DNA of 20,985 bases from an uncultured virus (IMG/VR IMGVR_UViG_3300010347_001950) (lineage: Duplodnaviria; Heunggongvirae; Uroviricota; Caudoviricetes). This document shows, in pieces, positions 8,688-16,671 of the stretch. The notes under the pieces were generated by a model. That model searched no databases and was not told the origin of the DNA. It was given only the letters and a program-made list of their open reading frames with translations. The position numbers and the translations under genes were made by a program. The number at the start of each line of letters is the position of its first letter. The stretch's first letter is position 1. Where the stretch lies: the IMG/VR virus record IMGVR_UViG_3300010347_001950; one strand, given 5' to 3'.

Positions 8688-9122
8688 GGGTGTGACGGGT
8701 ATCGACGTATTGTTGGTGGTTGTTGCTGCATGCCGCAGGTGAGTGCCTGGCTGCGTTACAAAGGCATTCAAACAACAAATGCTAAGAATGAACATTCTAG
8801 CTTTAAGGGATTTACGTTCCTAAAGAGTATTAAGAATAAGCTAATGCCAAATATTAATACCCAAAGTAGATCCCTTGTTATGGTTTAACAACAAATTAAA
8901 CCACGTTGTACTATTCTCTCTTGCCAGGAATAGATACAGCGTAACCGATGGCAAGTATACACTGTAGCGACGAATCTAGCGATTAGTGGCGAAAGCAAAA
9001 GATTCTAGGATAGATTTTGTTTGATGCTTGCGTAAATCTATCTGATTATAAAAGTAGCATCTAAGCATGTAGACGCGACAACGAAAACAGTGCGGACGGG
9101 AGTTCGACTCTCCCCACATCCA
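8688..9122 (+). ncRNA. ssrA: tmRNA (transfer-messenger RNA), one-piece
   Basis: Acceptor stem GGGTGTG/CACATCC with G3:U alanine identity pair and discriminator A. 5' 'GG...TCGAC'. T-arm GGGAG-TTCGACT-CTCCC (9098-9114). Helix 2: CGTATTGTT/AACAGTGCG, GTTGTTGC/GCGACAAC, TGCATGC/GCATGTA. pk1: CGCAG/CTGCG + TGAGTGCCT/AGGCATTCA. pk2: ACGTTGTA/TACAGCGT + CTTGCCA/TGGCAAG. pk3: CACTG/TAGTG + GAATCT/AGATTC. pk4: GATAGATTT/AAATCTATC + GATGCT/AGCATC. CCA is not encoded (followed by CGA). Confidence 0.96.
8781..8888 (+). other. tmRNA tag reading frame: (A)AKNEHSSFKGFTFLKSIKNKLMPNINTQSRSLVMV*
   Basis: Resume codon GCT after 'AACAAAT', ~10 nt downstream of pk1. The TAA stop sits in the helix-5 hairpin TGGTTTAA/TTAAACCA just before pk2. 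Confidence 0.85.
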
Positions 9123-9163
9123 CGAAATATTAATAAATTATAATTATAAGGAGATAACACATT

Positions 9164-9592
9164 ATGCCTAAGGAAGTTAAACGAACAGAGACAGCAGATG
9201 ATGAAAAAGTAAATTATGTGTCTCGTATACAACAATATGCGCACAATGGCAATATTGACGTAGAAGAATTGTCAAAAGATATTTCTGTTGATAGGTTTGA
9301 TGTCGAAGAATCTGAATACGAAGTGAAGTGTGATACCATGCCTGAATATTTGGAAGTTAGTGCGCAAGAAGGTACTAACTATCAGTATGCCAAAAACGCA
9401 GATACATTGATGAAATTGAGATTGCTGTTTAAAAAAGCCAAAGATTATAAGGAATTACAAGATAGCATTCGGTCAGATATCGTTTGTTGCAAAGATACAT
9501 TGGGCGAATCTGAATTTAATAAGATGTTAGATATATATAGCAGAGGATATGATAAAGTAATATTGGATGTGATTAGAATTTTGAGCACATAA
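9164..9592 (+). CDS. Hypothetical protein
   Basis: AAGGAG RBS; 142-aa acidic/helical ORF; no recognised motif. Confidence 0.7.
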   Translation: MPKEVKRTETADDEKVNYVSRIQQYAHNGNIDVEELSKDISVDRFDVEESEYEVKCDTMPEYLEVSAQEGTNYQYAKNADTLMKLRLLFKKAKDYKELQDSIRSDIVCCKDTLGESEFNKMLDIYSRGYDKVILDVIRILST

Positions 9593-9643
9593 ACATATTT
9601 AATATTGTGTAGTAAAGCCCAGGAGGTTGAACAAAAGCAGACA

Positions 9644-9838
9644 ATGATTGAAGATAACAAAGTGCGCAAAATAACAATTGAATTTGACGACTATATCGAT
9701 GTGTTGGAAAAAGAAGATGCTAAAGCATGGTATGAGATGTTGCAAAAATTAACCATTGTTGGTTGGTCTCATGGTATAGATATGGGACCATTCAACTGGG
9801 AAAGGACAAAAAAGAGTGCAGAACAACAAGCTAAATAA
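9644..9838 (+). CDS. Small hypothetical protein
   Basis: Fills the gap in a co-directional run. ATG 9644 was chosen over TTG 9605; the start is uncertain. Confidence 0.55.
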   Translation: MIEDNKVRKITIEFDDYIDVLEKEDAKAWYEMLQKLTIVGWSHGIDMGPFNWERTKKSAEQQAK

Positions 9839-10202
9839 CCAGGATACTATTAGTGCCTTGGCTGACCTTCAGTCTATAGAGATGGATACTGAAAAAATCG
9901 AAAGCGATTTATCATATGCTTTTAGTATAGATAAACCATATAAATATTTAAGTGAGGACAGTAACATTTTTATTGATGAAGTAATGAAGCGGTTTGACCA
10001 ATTTAATATTATTAGAAACGAAAATGTGTTTGATTGTGTGCTGTCTAGGAAGCTTTCGCAAACGCAAAATGTTGTTGCCGCAATTGTATCTACAGGCAGG
10101 GGGATGACATGGCAACAAGCTCTTGCTGATGGTGTGTTGAATTATTCAGATTATAATGCTAGAATTAATGAGCTTTCTGAACAGAACAACAAACCAAAAT
10201 AA
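9816..10202 (+). CDS. Hypothetical protein, possibly phage ABA-sandwich-like
   Basis: 'YLSEDSNIFIDEVMKRF...FDCVL...GRGMTWQQALADGVL' parallels the layout of 10882..11298, but only weakly. Confidence 0.5.
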   Translation: MQNNKLNNQDTISALADLQSIEMDTEKIESDLSYAFSIDKPYKYLSEDSNIFIDEVMKRFDQFNIIRNENVFDCVLSRKLSQTQNVVAAIVSTGRGMTWQQALADGVLNYSDYNARINELSEQNNKPK

Positions 10203-10242
10203 TAATTTTCGCACATTTAAAATTTTAAAAAAAGGAGAAAAC

Positions 10243-10869
10243 ATGACACAGGTCAAAACATTATGTGCCGTGTTTGTTTTGGCAGCATCATTACCGCTAT
10301 TTGCGCCTCGCCAAACAAAAAACACAAAAATGTTAGATCAAAATAACATAACAAAAACACATATTCAAAACAAAAATTTATTGTATACCCAAGAAAAAGA
10401 AAAAATAGAAAAATTTATTATTACAATTAAGCCAGGAAATGACAAATTTGCGAAGTCGGTTTCTTCGTATATAATAGAAAGTGCGCAGAAAAACAATATA
10501 CATCCATATATCATTGCCACTACTGGGTATGTAGAAAGTGAATTTGATATGAATTCGCGACCATGCATAGGAATTATGCAGGTGTTATCAAATAAACCTC
10601 GCGATGGTTTGAACCCGCACAATATAAAAGATAATATAGAGCTTGGTAGTAGAGAACTATCTTATCATTATCATCACCGCAAAGCTCTTGCTAGTAGGGG
10701 TGGCGACTACAGGTTGCGATATATGTGGGGGAGATATAACGGATGTGGTGTGTCTACAAGGAATACATATATTAAAAGAGTTATGATTGTTCATAATCGA
10801 TTGAGATATGAAACCCCATCACAATGGGAAAATAGATTAAAAAAACAGCACACATTGTGGAAGAACTAA
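10243..10869 (+). CDS. Lytic transglycosylase (SLT domain) with N-terminal signal/anchor
   Basis: AAGGAG RBS before ATG 10243. Hydrophobic N-terminus 'TLCAVFVLAASLPLFA'. SLT motifs 'YVESEF' (catalytic Glu), 'GIMQV', 'NPHNIKDNIELG', 'RYNG' and 'YIKRV'. Confidence 0.82.
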   Translation: MTQVKTLCAVFVLAASLPLFAPRQTKNTKMLDQNNITKTHIQNKNLLYTQEKEKIEKFIITIKPGNDKFAKSVSSYIIESAQKNNIHPYIIATTGYVESEFDMNSRPCIGIMQVLSNKPRDGLNPHNIKDNIELGSRELSYHYHHRKALASRGGDYRLRYMWGRYNGCGVSTRNTYIKRVMIVHNRLRYETPSQWENRLKKQHTLWKN

Positions 10870-10881
10870 TGGAAAAAGGAT

Positions 10882-11298
10882 TTGTATATGAATACAAAAT
10901 ATATAAGTGATTATCGCCAAGACATTAGCGAAGAAAAATATAATGAATTAAGAATAATTGATGCAAAATTATACGAACTGTTGTATAGAAAATGTGATAA
11001 TCCTGACGGGTATTATGGGTATACTGGATATGGTATGCCAGAAGATGAACCTTCTGTATGGATTAATCGCGTACCACATTATTCCACCGAATTGTCAGAA
11101 ACGATTAATTTAATGAAACAGCTAAACAATAATGAACATATTTATTTACGACGCAGTAATAATATGTGGTATGTGACAATTAAAAAATCACAAAAAAGCA
11201 AAGATAACACGTGTGTTGCCGCAGGGAATACTGTTTCGGAGGCGTTTTGCCGATGCATGTTAGAGTTCACCACACGTCAACGCAATAATACAGAGTAA
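10882..11298 (+). CDS. Phage ABA sandwich domain protein
   Basis: 'VPHYSTELSETINLMKQL...WYVTI...GNTVSEAFCRCML' matches the 'P.YST....A..V...L ... T...AIC.A.L' signature. The start is probably ATG 10888. Confidence 0.6.
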   Translation: MYMNTKYISDYRQDISEEKYNELRIIDAKLYELLYRKCDNPDGYYGYTGYGMPEDEPSVWINRVPHYSTELSETINLMKQLNNNEHIYLRRSNNMWYVTIKKSQKSKDNTCVAAGNTVSEAFCRCMLEFTTRQRNNTE

Positions 11299-11360
11299 TT
11301 AAAGGATACCAAAAAGCGCTAGTAATTCACAAACATAGCGCTTTTTGGTATAAAAAGACA

Positions 11361-12005
11361 ATGGAATTGGAACATATTATAAATTCGTATTGTAAAAACC
11401 ACGCCATCAATGTACATTCTATAATCAATGATTCGTTTATAAATGGGCCTGGTAAAAGAATTGTTGTATGGTTTCATGGATGCCCTTTCCACTGCAGTGG
11501 ATGTTTTAATCCACAAATGTGGGATTTTGAAAACAAAACAATAATTTCGGTCAAAGAATTGGCGCAAATAATTAATCAATACGATGGTGATGGGGTTACA
11601 TTCAGCGGTGGAGAGCCAATGATACAGGCTCCTAGTTTTTTGGAATTATTGCTATTAATTGAGCAGAGAAATTTTAAAAAGGGGATTATATGTTTCACTG
11701 GGTGCGAAAGTGAAGAAATAAATAGCACAAGTATAATAAAAGAATGTATTGATCATATTGATTTGTCGATTATAGGAAGATATGACAAAAATCAATTAAG
11801 AAAAAATTATATAGGGGGCAGTTCAAACCAACAATTTGTTTTTCTAAACAAAAAAGGAAGAGGAAGAGATAAAATTAGTGAAGACGAGATATTAATAGAC
11901 AACGACATTGAGATCCATTACTCCGGAGACAACATGTGTATTACAGGTTATCCAAATATAAACAAAGAAAAATTAATACAATTGGGTATTACAATACTGG
12001 AGTAA
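11361..12005 (+). CDS. nrdG: Radical SAM activase, NrdG-like (anaerobic ribonucleotide reductase activating protein family)
   Basis: 'NGPGKRIVVWFHGCPFHCSGCFNP' (CxxxCxxC), 'GVTFSGGEP', 'FTG', 'GRY' and 'GSSNQ'. Confidence 0.82.
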   Translation: MELEHIINSYCKNHAINVHSIINDSFINGPGKRIVVWFHGCPFHCSGCFNPQMWDFENKTIISVKELAQIINQYDGDGVTFSGGEPMIQAPSFLELLLLIEQRNFKKGIICFTGCESEEINSTSIIKECIDHIDLSIIGRYDKNQLRKNYIGGSSNQQFVFLNKKGRGRDKISEDEILIDNDIEIHYSGDNMCITGYPNINKEKLIQLGITILE

Positions 12006-12008
12006 TGA

Positions 12009-13340
12009 ATGAGTGTAATGAATCATATATATTTGATTGATTATATGGATAGCCGTGGTATGCACTACGAGGCTGATATAGCCACCGATTTGTTAATTAA
12101 AACAGCCCAAGGCAATGTTGTAACGCCAAATCTCCCAGCTGCTGTTTCTACTAACCCTGGCAAGTCTATTCCTCCCAATGTTTTGAATTCTATTTATAAA
12201 TACGTACGCAATCTTATTTCAAACAAACAATATATACAACAATTCTACCCAAAGTTCAAAAGCATGTTGGCGAAACAAATACCCAAAAAACAAGGCAAAG
12301 TGTCATGGATTGGCAAAGCGTACATGGTATTCAAAGGAGGTATGGTACTATTTATAGCCAGGCAGATTTCTATAGATATAGCAACATTGTACAAAAATAT
12401 GGGGAGGAAAGATATAACAGCCGCTGATATTGTTAAACCAATAGCAGACATTCTTTCGTTTTTTAGTTGGCCAATATTTCTTACTCTAATTGCAGTAGAA
12501 ATGCCTTGGGTACAAGATTTAGCGAAAGAACTTGGATATATATCAACTGGTACTAATTCTTACGAAGTAGAGACGGGGCAATCAAGTAAGGAGTCTGCAA
12601 ATTCTCAAGCGGCAAGAGATAAATACGGAAGCTTTATTGATGTATATCAGAAATGTATTGGTGCATATAATGATTACGAGCAGGAAAAAAGTTTGGTATT
12701 AAGCGCAATTGAGAATTCAGCTTTGCCAGATGATTTCAAAACTATTTTTATGAGTATATTGCAATCGGATGGTAACAATAATAAAGACAAAGATATACCG
12801 AGCAAAGAATTTATTTCTGCCTTTGATCGCGCATACTATACAGTATCTCGCAGATTCCCATATATTAGAAGACAAGTTACAGAAATGTTTAATAATGCAT
12901 GGCGAAGCAATAATTATGATGCGAACAAAGCATATTCTATTGCTGGCAAATATGTGATGAATAATCCAAATTATACACAAAGCGAGAAAAAAGAAGCTTA
13001 TTATGTATTGTATGACCTGCTTAACAGAAGGTCGGCGTTGGCGGAGCAACTGAAAACACAAAAATACCAAGATATTTTCTCAAACAAGCCAGAAACTGGT
13101 GCTTTTATTGAAAGACAAAACGAATTCAAAACCTATTACACTAAATACTCAAACGAACTCGCCAATAGATTGAAACAAGCTGGTTTTGCAAACCCATACC
13201 ATCCGCCAACTGATGAAAAAGAAAAATCCAGATATAATACGATAAGGTCACAAATAGTATCTGATATTATAAAGAAAATATCTAATTCTGGTGTGCATAC
13301 GCCAGAATTTATTTCGTGGATGCAACGCAACTTTAAATAA
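12009..13340 (+). CDS. Hypothetical protein with N-terminal 'D...H..D....LLIKTAQ' leader and two hydrophobic segments
   Basis: 443-aa ORF with GGAG RBS. The leader is shared with 18578..19102. Hydrophobic stretches 'AYMVFKGGMVLFIA' and 'ILSFFSWPIFLTLIAV'. Confidence 0.75.
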   Translation: MSVMNHIYLIDYMDSRGMHYEADIATDLLIKTAQGNVVTPNLPAAVSTNPGKSIPPNVLNSIYKYVRNLISNKQYIQQFYPKFKSMLAKQIPKKQGKVSWIGKAYMVFKGGMVLFIARQISIDIATLYKNMGRKDITAADIVKPIADILSFFSWPIFLTLIAVEMPWVQDLAKELGYISTGTNSYEVETGQSSKESANSQAARDKYGSFIDVYQKCIGAYNDYEQEKSLVLSAIENSALPDDFKTIFMSILQSDGNNNKDKDIPSKEFISAFDRAYYTVSRRFPYIRRQVTEMFNNAWRSNNYDANKAYSIAGKYVMNNPNYTQSEKKEAYYVLYDLLNRRSALAEQLKTQKYQDIFSNKPETGAFIERQNEFKTYYTKYSNELANRLKQAGFANPYHPPTDEKEKSRYNTIRSQIVSDIIKKISNSGVHTPEFISWMQRNFK

Positions 13341-13391
13341 TTACAATATGTGATTATTTCATCATGTTTTAAGCACATTAATGTATACAAA

Positions 13392-13424
13392 CGCAAGCTT
13401 GGCTGCTGCACGCCAAGCGAAGCG
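13392..13424 (+). promoter_or_regulatory. GC-rich stem-loop between the 443-aa gene and the sigma factor gene
   Basis: GCTTGGC (13397-13403) / GCCAAGC (13412-13418) with an outer CGC/GCG. No good U-tract. Confidence 0.4.
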
Positions 13425-13451
13425 AATTGATTTAATTAAAAGGAGCAATAT

Positions 13452-14258
13452 ATGAATTCTAAAAACGAAATTAATAACGGGTTGTGTTATAAATCAAAAT
13501 ACAAGAAAAGCGAATTGTATCGATTCTCGCAAATGGACGACAGAGAGCTGTTGTTTTACTATAGAAATGTAGATAGCGAAGATGAAAAAGACAAGGCCTT
13601 GGATGAGTTATATAATAGACATATAAAAATGCTGTCTCTTATTGCTTCTAATATAGCTAGGTTAAATTCATCTGTAGGTACAATAGAAGATTTTTTACAA
13701 AGCGCTAAATTGGCTGCGCTGGAAGCATATAATAATTTTGATTTTGAAGAAGAGCATCATGCCAAATTGTCCACGTATTTATACTCATGTGTATATTATT
13801 CTTTACTAAATATATGTAGCGAAGAATGGTTTATACATTGCCCGCGATATAAACAGCAAATTAAATTATATTTAATGGGGGCATACAACAGATCGCCGGA
13901 GAAAAAGAGACAGATAGAAGAAAAATATAAAACTAAAGAAAACGGTACAGAAATTGATTTGTATGAAGAAAACAAAATGTTATTAAACAAAAATATTTGT
14001 TTGTTTACAGATATTAATGAAGAATATGATGCACAAGACATGGATAATATGTTCTTGCCAATAATAATTAATGATATAAAATCAAAATTGCCAGAAGAAA
14101 AACAAGTTATTTTTAATATGTTTTTTGTCAATCGATATGGCGCGAACGAAATTTCAAAATATTTAAACATACCCATAAATAATATAAGAAGAGATATACG
14201 TTATATACGCAATTATTTTAAAAGAACTATTCCTGATTATATTAACAGTCAAAAATAG
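13452..14258 (+). CDS. Sigma70-family RNA polymerase sigma factor (alternative/phage type)
   Basis: AAGGAG RBS. Region 2 'ALDELYNRHIKML...IEDFLQSAKLAALEAYNNFD...AKLSTYLYSCVYYSL'; region 4 'KLPEEKQVIFNMFF...GANEISKYLNIPINNIRR'. Confidence 0.85.
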   Translation: MNSKNEINNGLCYKSKYKKSELYRFSQMDDRELLFYYRNVDSEDEKDKALDELYNRHIKMLSLIASNIARLNSSVGTIEDFLQSAKLAALEAYNNFDFEEEHHAKLSTYLYSCVYYSLLNICSEEWFIHCPRYKQQIKLYLMGAYNRSPEKKRQIEEKYKTKENGTEIDLYEENKMLLNKNICLFTDINEEYDAQDMDNMFLPIIINDIKSKLPEEKQVIFNMFFVNRYGANEISKYLNIPINNIRRDIRYIRNYFKRTIPDYINSQK

Positions 14259-14281
14259 ATATTTGTATTGAGGAATCAATA

Positions 14282-14479
14282 ATGCAATATTGTTTTAATT
14301 GCCGTAAGGAATATGGTTTCCCTATGGGCAAATATATCGAAAAACGAATATGCGACATGTGCGGGGAAGAACACCAATGCTTTATCGTACTTTCGCAATT
14401 TGTTTTTCCTCCGAAATATTCATCGAATCCTTTGGCGCTAGAATTGTACGAAAAAGCCAAGAATAGAGAAAATAATTAA
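14282..14479 (+). CDS. Small zinc-finger protein
   Basis: GAGG RBS; 'YCFNC...ICDMC...C'. Confidence 0.65.
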   Translation: MQYCFNCRKEYGFPMGKYIEKRICDMCGEEHQCFIVLSQFVFPPKYSSNPLALELYEKAKNRENN

Positions 14480-14520
14480 CACAACGCCCGTGGTTTTAAA
14501 CCACGGGCGTTGTGTTAATT
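14474..14520. terminator. Perfect 23-bp-arm palindrome between convergent genes; probable bidirectional terminator
   Basis: AATTAACACAACGCCCGTGGTTT-T-AAACCACGGGCGTTGTGTTAATT. Confidence 0.75.
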
Positions 14521-14531
14521 TGGCAATGCGT

Positions 14532-14942
14532 TCATTTTATTTCAACTGGAATTTTCTTAGGTTCTTCTTTTGTTTGTGTTTTTGGAATAGTAAGTTCTAA
14601 AATCCCATTTGTATACGTGGCCTTAATTTGTTCTGGGTCAATACCATCTGTTTGGAACGAGTAGTAATATTGTGAGGTTTTTGATCGCTTATTGTTTTCT
14701 TCTTTTGTTTCTCCAGTAACAGTAATTACATTGTCTTTTACTTCCACATTTATATTTTCTGCCGCAATACCTGGCATTGGCATTGTGACCACATTGTTGC
14801 CATCTACCTCTTTGATTTCCATACCCCCCCTATACCAATCTGCGTCATCAAAGCGATTGAACATTTTAAACAGGCTCGGCACAAATGTGTCTAACAACAT
14901 TGGGGCGCGATATGGGTCAAACAATGATAGGGCATTTTGCAT
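14532..14942 (-). CDS. Small heat-shock protein (Hsp20/alpha-crystallin family)
   Basis: AAGGAGG RBS; 'MPMPGIAAENINVEVKDNVITVTGE', 'IKATYTNGILELTIPK', C-terminal IxI/V motif 'KKIPV'. Confidence 0.93.
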   Translation of the reverse strand: MQNALSLFDPYRAPMLLDTFVPSLFKMFNRFDDADWYRGGMEIKEVDGNNVVTMPMPGIAAENINVEVKDNVITVTGETKEENNKRSKTSQYYYSFQTDGIDPEQIKATYTNGILELTIPKTQTKEEPKKIPVEIK

Positions 14943-15001
14943 TTTATTTTATACCTCCTTACTTAGTTTATTTCACATTATTAGACTCATGTTACATACT
15001 A

Positions 15002-15032
15002 ATAGTAACATTTTTTGCTCAAATGTTACTAT
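15002..15032. promoter_or_regulatory. Inverted repeat, operator-like, in divergent hsp20/AAA intergenic region
   Basis: ATAGTAACATTT-N7-AAATGTTACTAT (perfect 12-bp arms). Extra ATGTTAC copies at 14989 and 15141. Confidence 0.5.
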
Positions 15033-15209
15033 GTTTTGGAAATTTTTTTAATTTTTTTATAATGTGTTTGTTGGGTACTATTAATTTGAATATGATGGAT
15101 TAAATAATCAACATTGAATTATGAATAATTTCATCATAATATGTTACGTGATATGTATATAAAGTGCAAAGATTGCAGCATATATCAACAAAGGAGCGTA
15201 CATTATTAA

Positions 15210-16655
15210 ATGAATAAATCACCGGTACTACTACAAGAAGTAATAGATTTTTGGATTTCAAATAATCTAAATGTATTGTTGGTTGGCAAAGCTGGTGTTG
15301 GCAAGACTGCTTTGGTAAAATCAGCGTTTGAAAGAGCTGGCATTAAAGCAAGATACTTTTCGTCTTCTACTATGGATCCTTGGGTAGATTTTATTGGTGT
15401 TCCTCGCGTTGTAGAAGAAAACCAGAACAAATATCTAGAGTTGATACGCCCAAAAGAATTTGCGGAGGATGAAGTTGAAGCTTTGTTTTTTGATGAGTTC
15501 AATCGTGCGCCGAAAAAAGTAAGGAATGCTGTAATGGAATTGATTCAGTTTAAGTCGGTTAACGGGAAGAAATTTAAGAATCTCAGAATGGTATGGGCCG
15601 CAATCAATCCATATGATACAGAAGACGAAGGCAGCGCATATGATGTAGAACCGCTTGATCCTGCGCAGATTGATAGATTCCATGTACAATATGAGGTTCC
15701 GTACAGACCGTCTTATGATTTTTTCAAAACAAAATATGGCGAAAAAATATCCAAAGGTGTAATTGAGTGGTGGGAAAGTTTGCCCCAGAAAGCAAAAAAT
15801 AATGTTAGCCCGAGAAGACTTGAATATGCAATTGATATGTATATAATGGGCGGCAATGTACAACATGTGTTGCCGCTATCTATTAACGCGGTATCGTTGG
15901 TGAATATATTACAAAATGGTTCAGTGGTTGATCAAATGTATGAATTGTATAAATCGAAAAACAAAGAAGGCGCTACTAAATTTATCAAGAACGATAATAA
16001 TTATTTTGCATGTATCGATAGTATTATAAATAATAATAATCTTTTAAAATTTTACCTTGATATAATGCCTAAAGAAAAAATAGCATTTTTGGTAAGCAAA
16101 CATGACAACATATGTAATATGGTATGTTCTGAAGCCAAAGAAAAGAAGATATTTGAAGAGGTTATTACTAATTTGATATCTATAAATAATAAAAATTCAG
16201 AAAGAATTAGGTCTATATGTGGGCAAGTGAACAGAAAGCTTCTTCAGGATATAGATAGTAAATGCGGGTACGATCTGCTTACAGACAATTTACAAATAAG
16301 AAATTTGGCTGAATATTTTGATGAACAATATTTGGATACAACAAAAAGAATTTCGATATTTAATGAATATATGGAATCTATTATTAAACAGCCTGCATTA
16401 ACTATACAAGAGGCAGAGCGAGCGTTGTTTGTTCTTAATGCATTTGTGCGCCACACTCACGAAGGCACATTAGCCACACGCCTTCCGCTTTTAAAGCAAT
16501 TTGTTGAAAATGTGTTTAATACAATTATTTCATTACGGAAAATTGCGTCGTGGTATGATTTTACTATGCTGTATCCATATAAACAACTATATAATAAGCT
16601 TTTTGTTAAAACAAACGCAAAGCTTCGTTTCAATATTAATCTACAACTTCCTTAA
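15210..16655 (+). CDS. MoxR/AAA_5-type AAA+ ATPase with C-terminal helical extension
   Basis: Walker A 'GKAGVGKT', 'DFIGVP', Walker B 'LFFDEFNRA', 'VWAAINP', Arg finger 'LDPAQIDRF', sensor 2 'SPRRL'. Confidence 0.9.
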   Translation: MNKSPVLLQEVIDFWISNNLNVLLVGKAGVGKTALVKSAFERAGIKARYFSSSTMDPWVDFIGVPRVVEENQNKYLELIRPKEFAEDEVEALFFDEFNRAPKKVRNAVMELIQFKSVNGKKFKNLRMVWAAINPYDTEDEGSAYDVEPLDPAQIDRFHVQYEVPYRPSYDFFKTKYGEKISKGVIEWWESLPQKAKNNVSPRRLEYAIDMYIMGGNVQHVLPLSINAVSLVNILQNGSVVDQMYELYKSKNKEGATKFIKNDNNYFACIDSIINNNNLLKFYLDIMPKEKIAFLVSKHDNICNMVCSEAKEKKIFEEVITNLISINNKNSERIRSICGQVNRKLLQDIDSKCGYDLLTDNLQIRNLAEYFDEQYLDTTKRISIFNEYMESIIKQPALTIQEAERALFVLNAFVRHTHEGTLATRLPLLKQFVENVFNTIISLRKIASWYDFTMLYPYKQLYNKLFVKTNAKLRFNINLQLP

Positions 16656-16671
16656 TATAATATAGGGCAAA

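Noticed and set aside
8670..8888. 72-aa ORF in the ORF track as a protein-coding gene
   Set aside because: It lies inside the tmRNA; only its last 35 codons are meaningful, as the tag frame.
9098..9125. Prophage attachment site at the tmRNA 3' end
   Set aside because: No duplicate of the 3' end and no integrase seen; phage-like genes flank both sides.
14981..15002. CIRCE (HrcA operator) upstream of hsp20
   Set aside because: TTAGACTC...ACTAA lacks a base in the left arm, and the spacing and right arm do not fit TTAGCACTC-N9-GAGTGCTAA.
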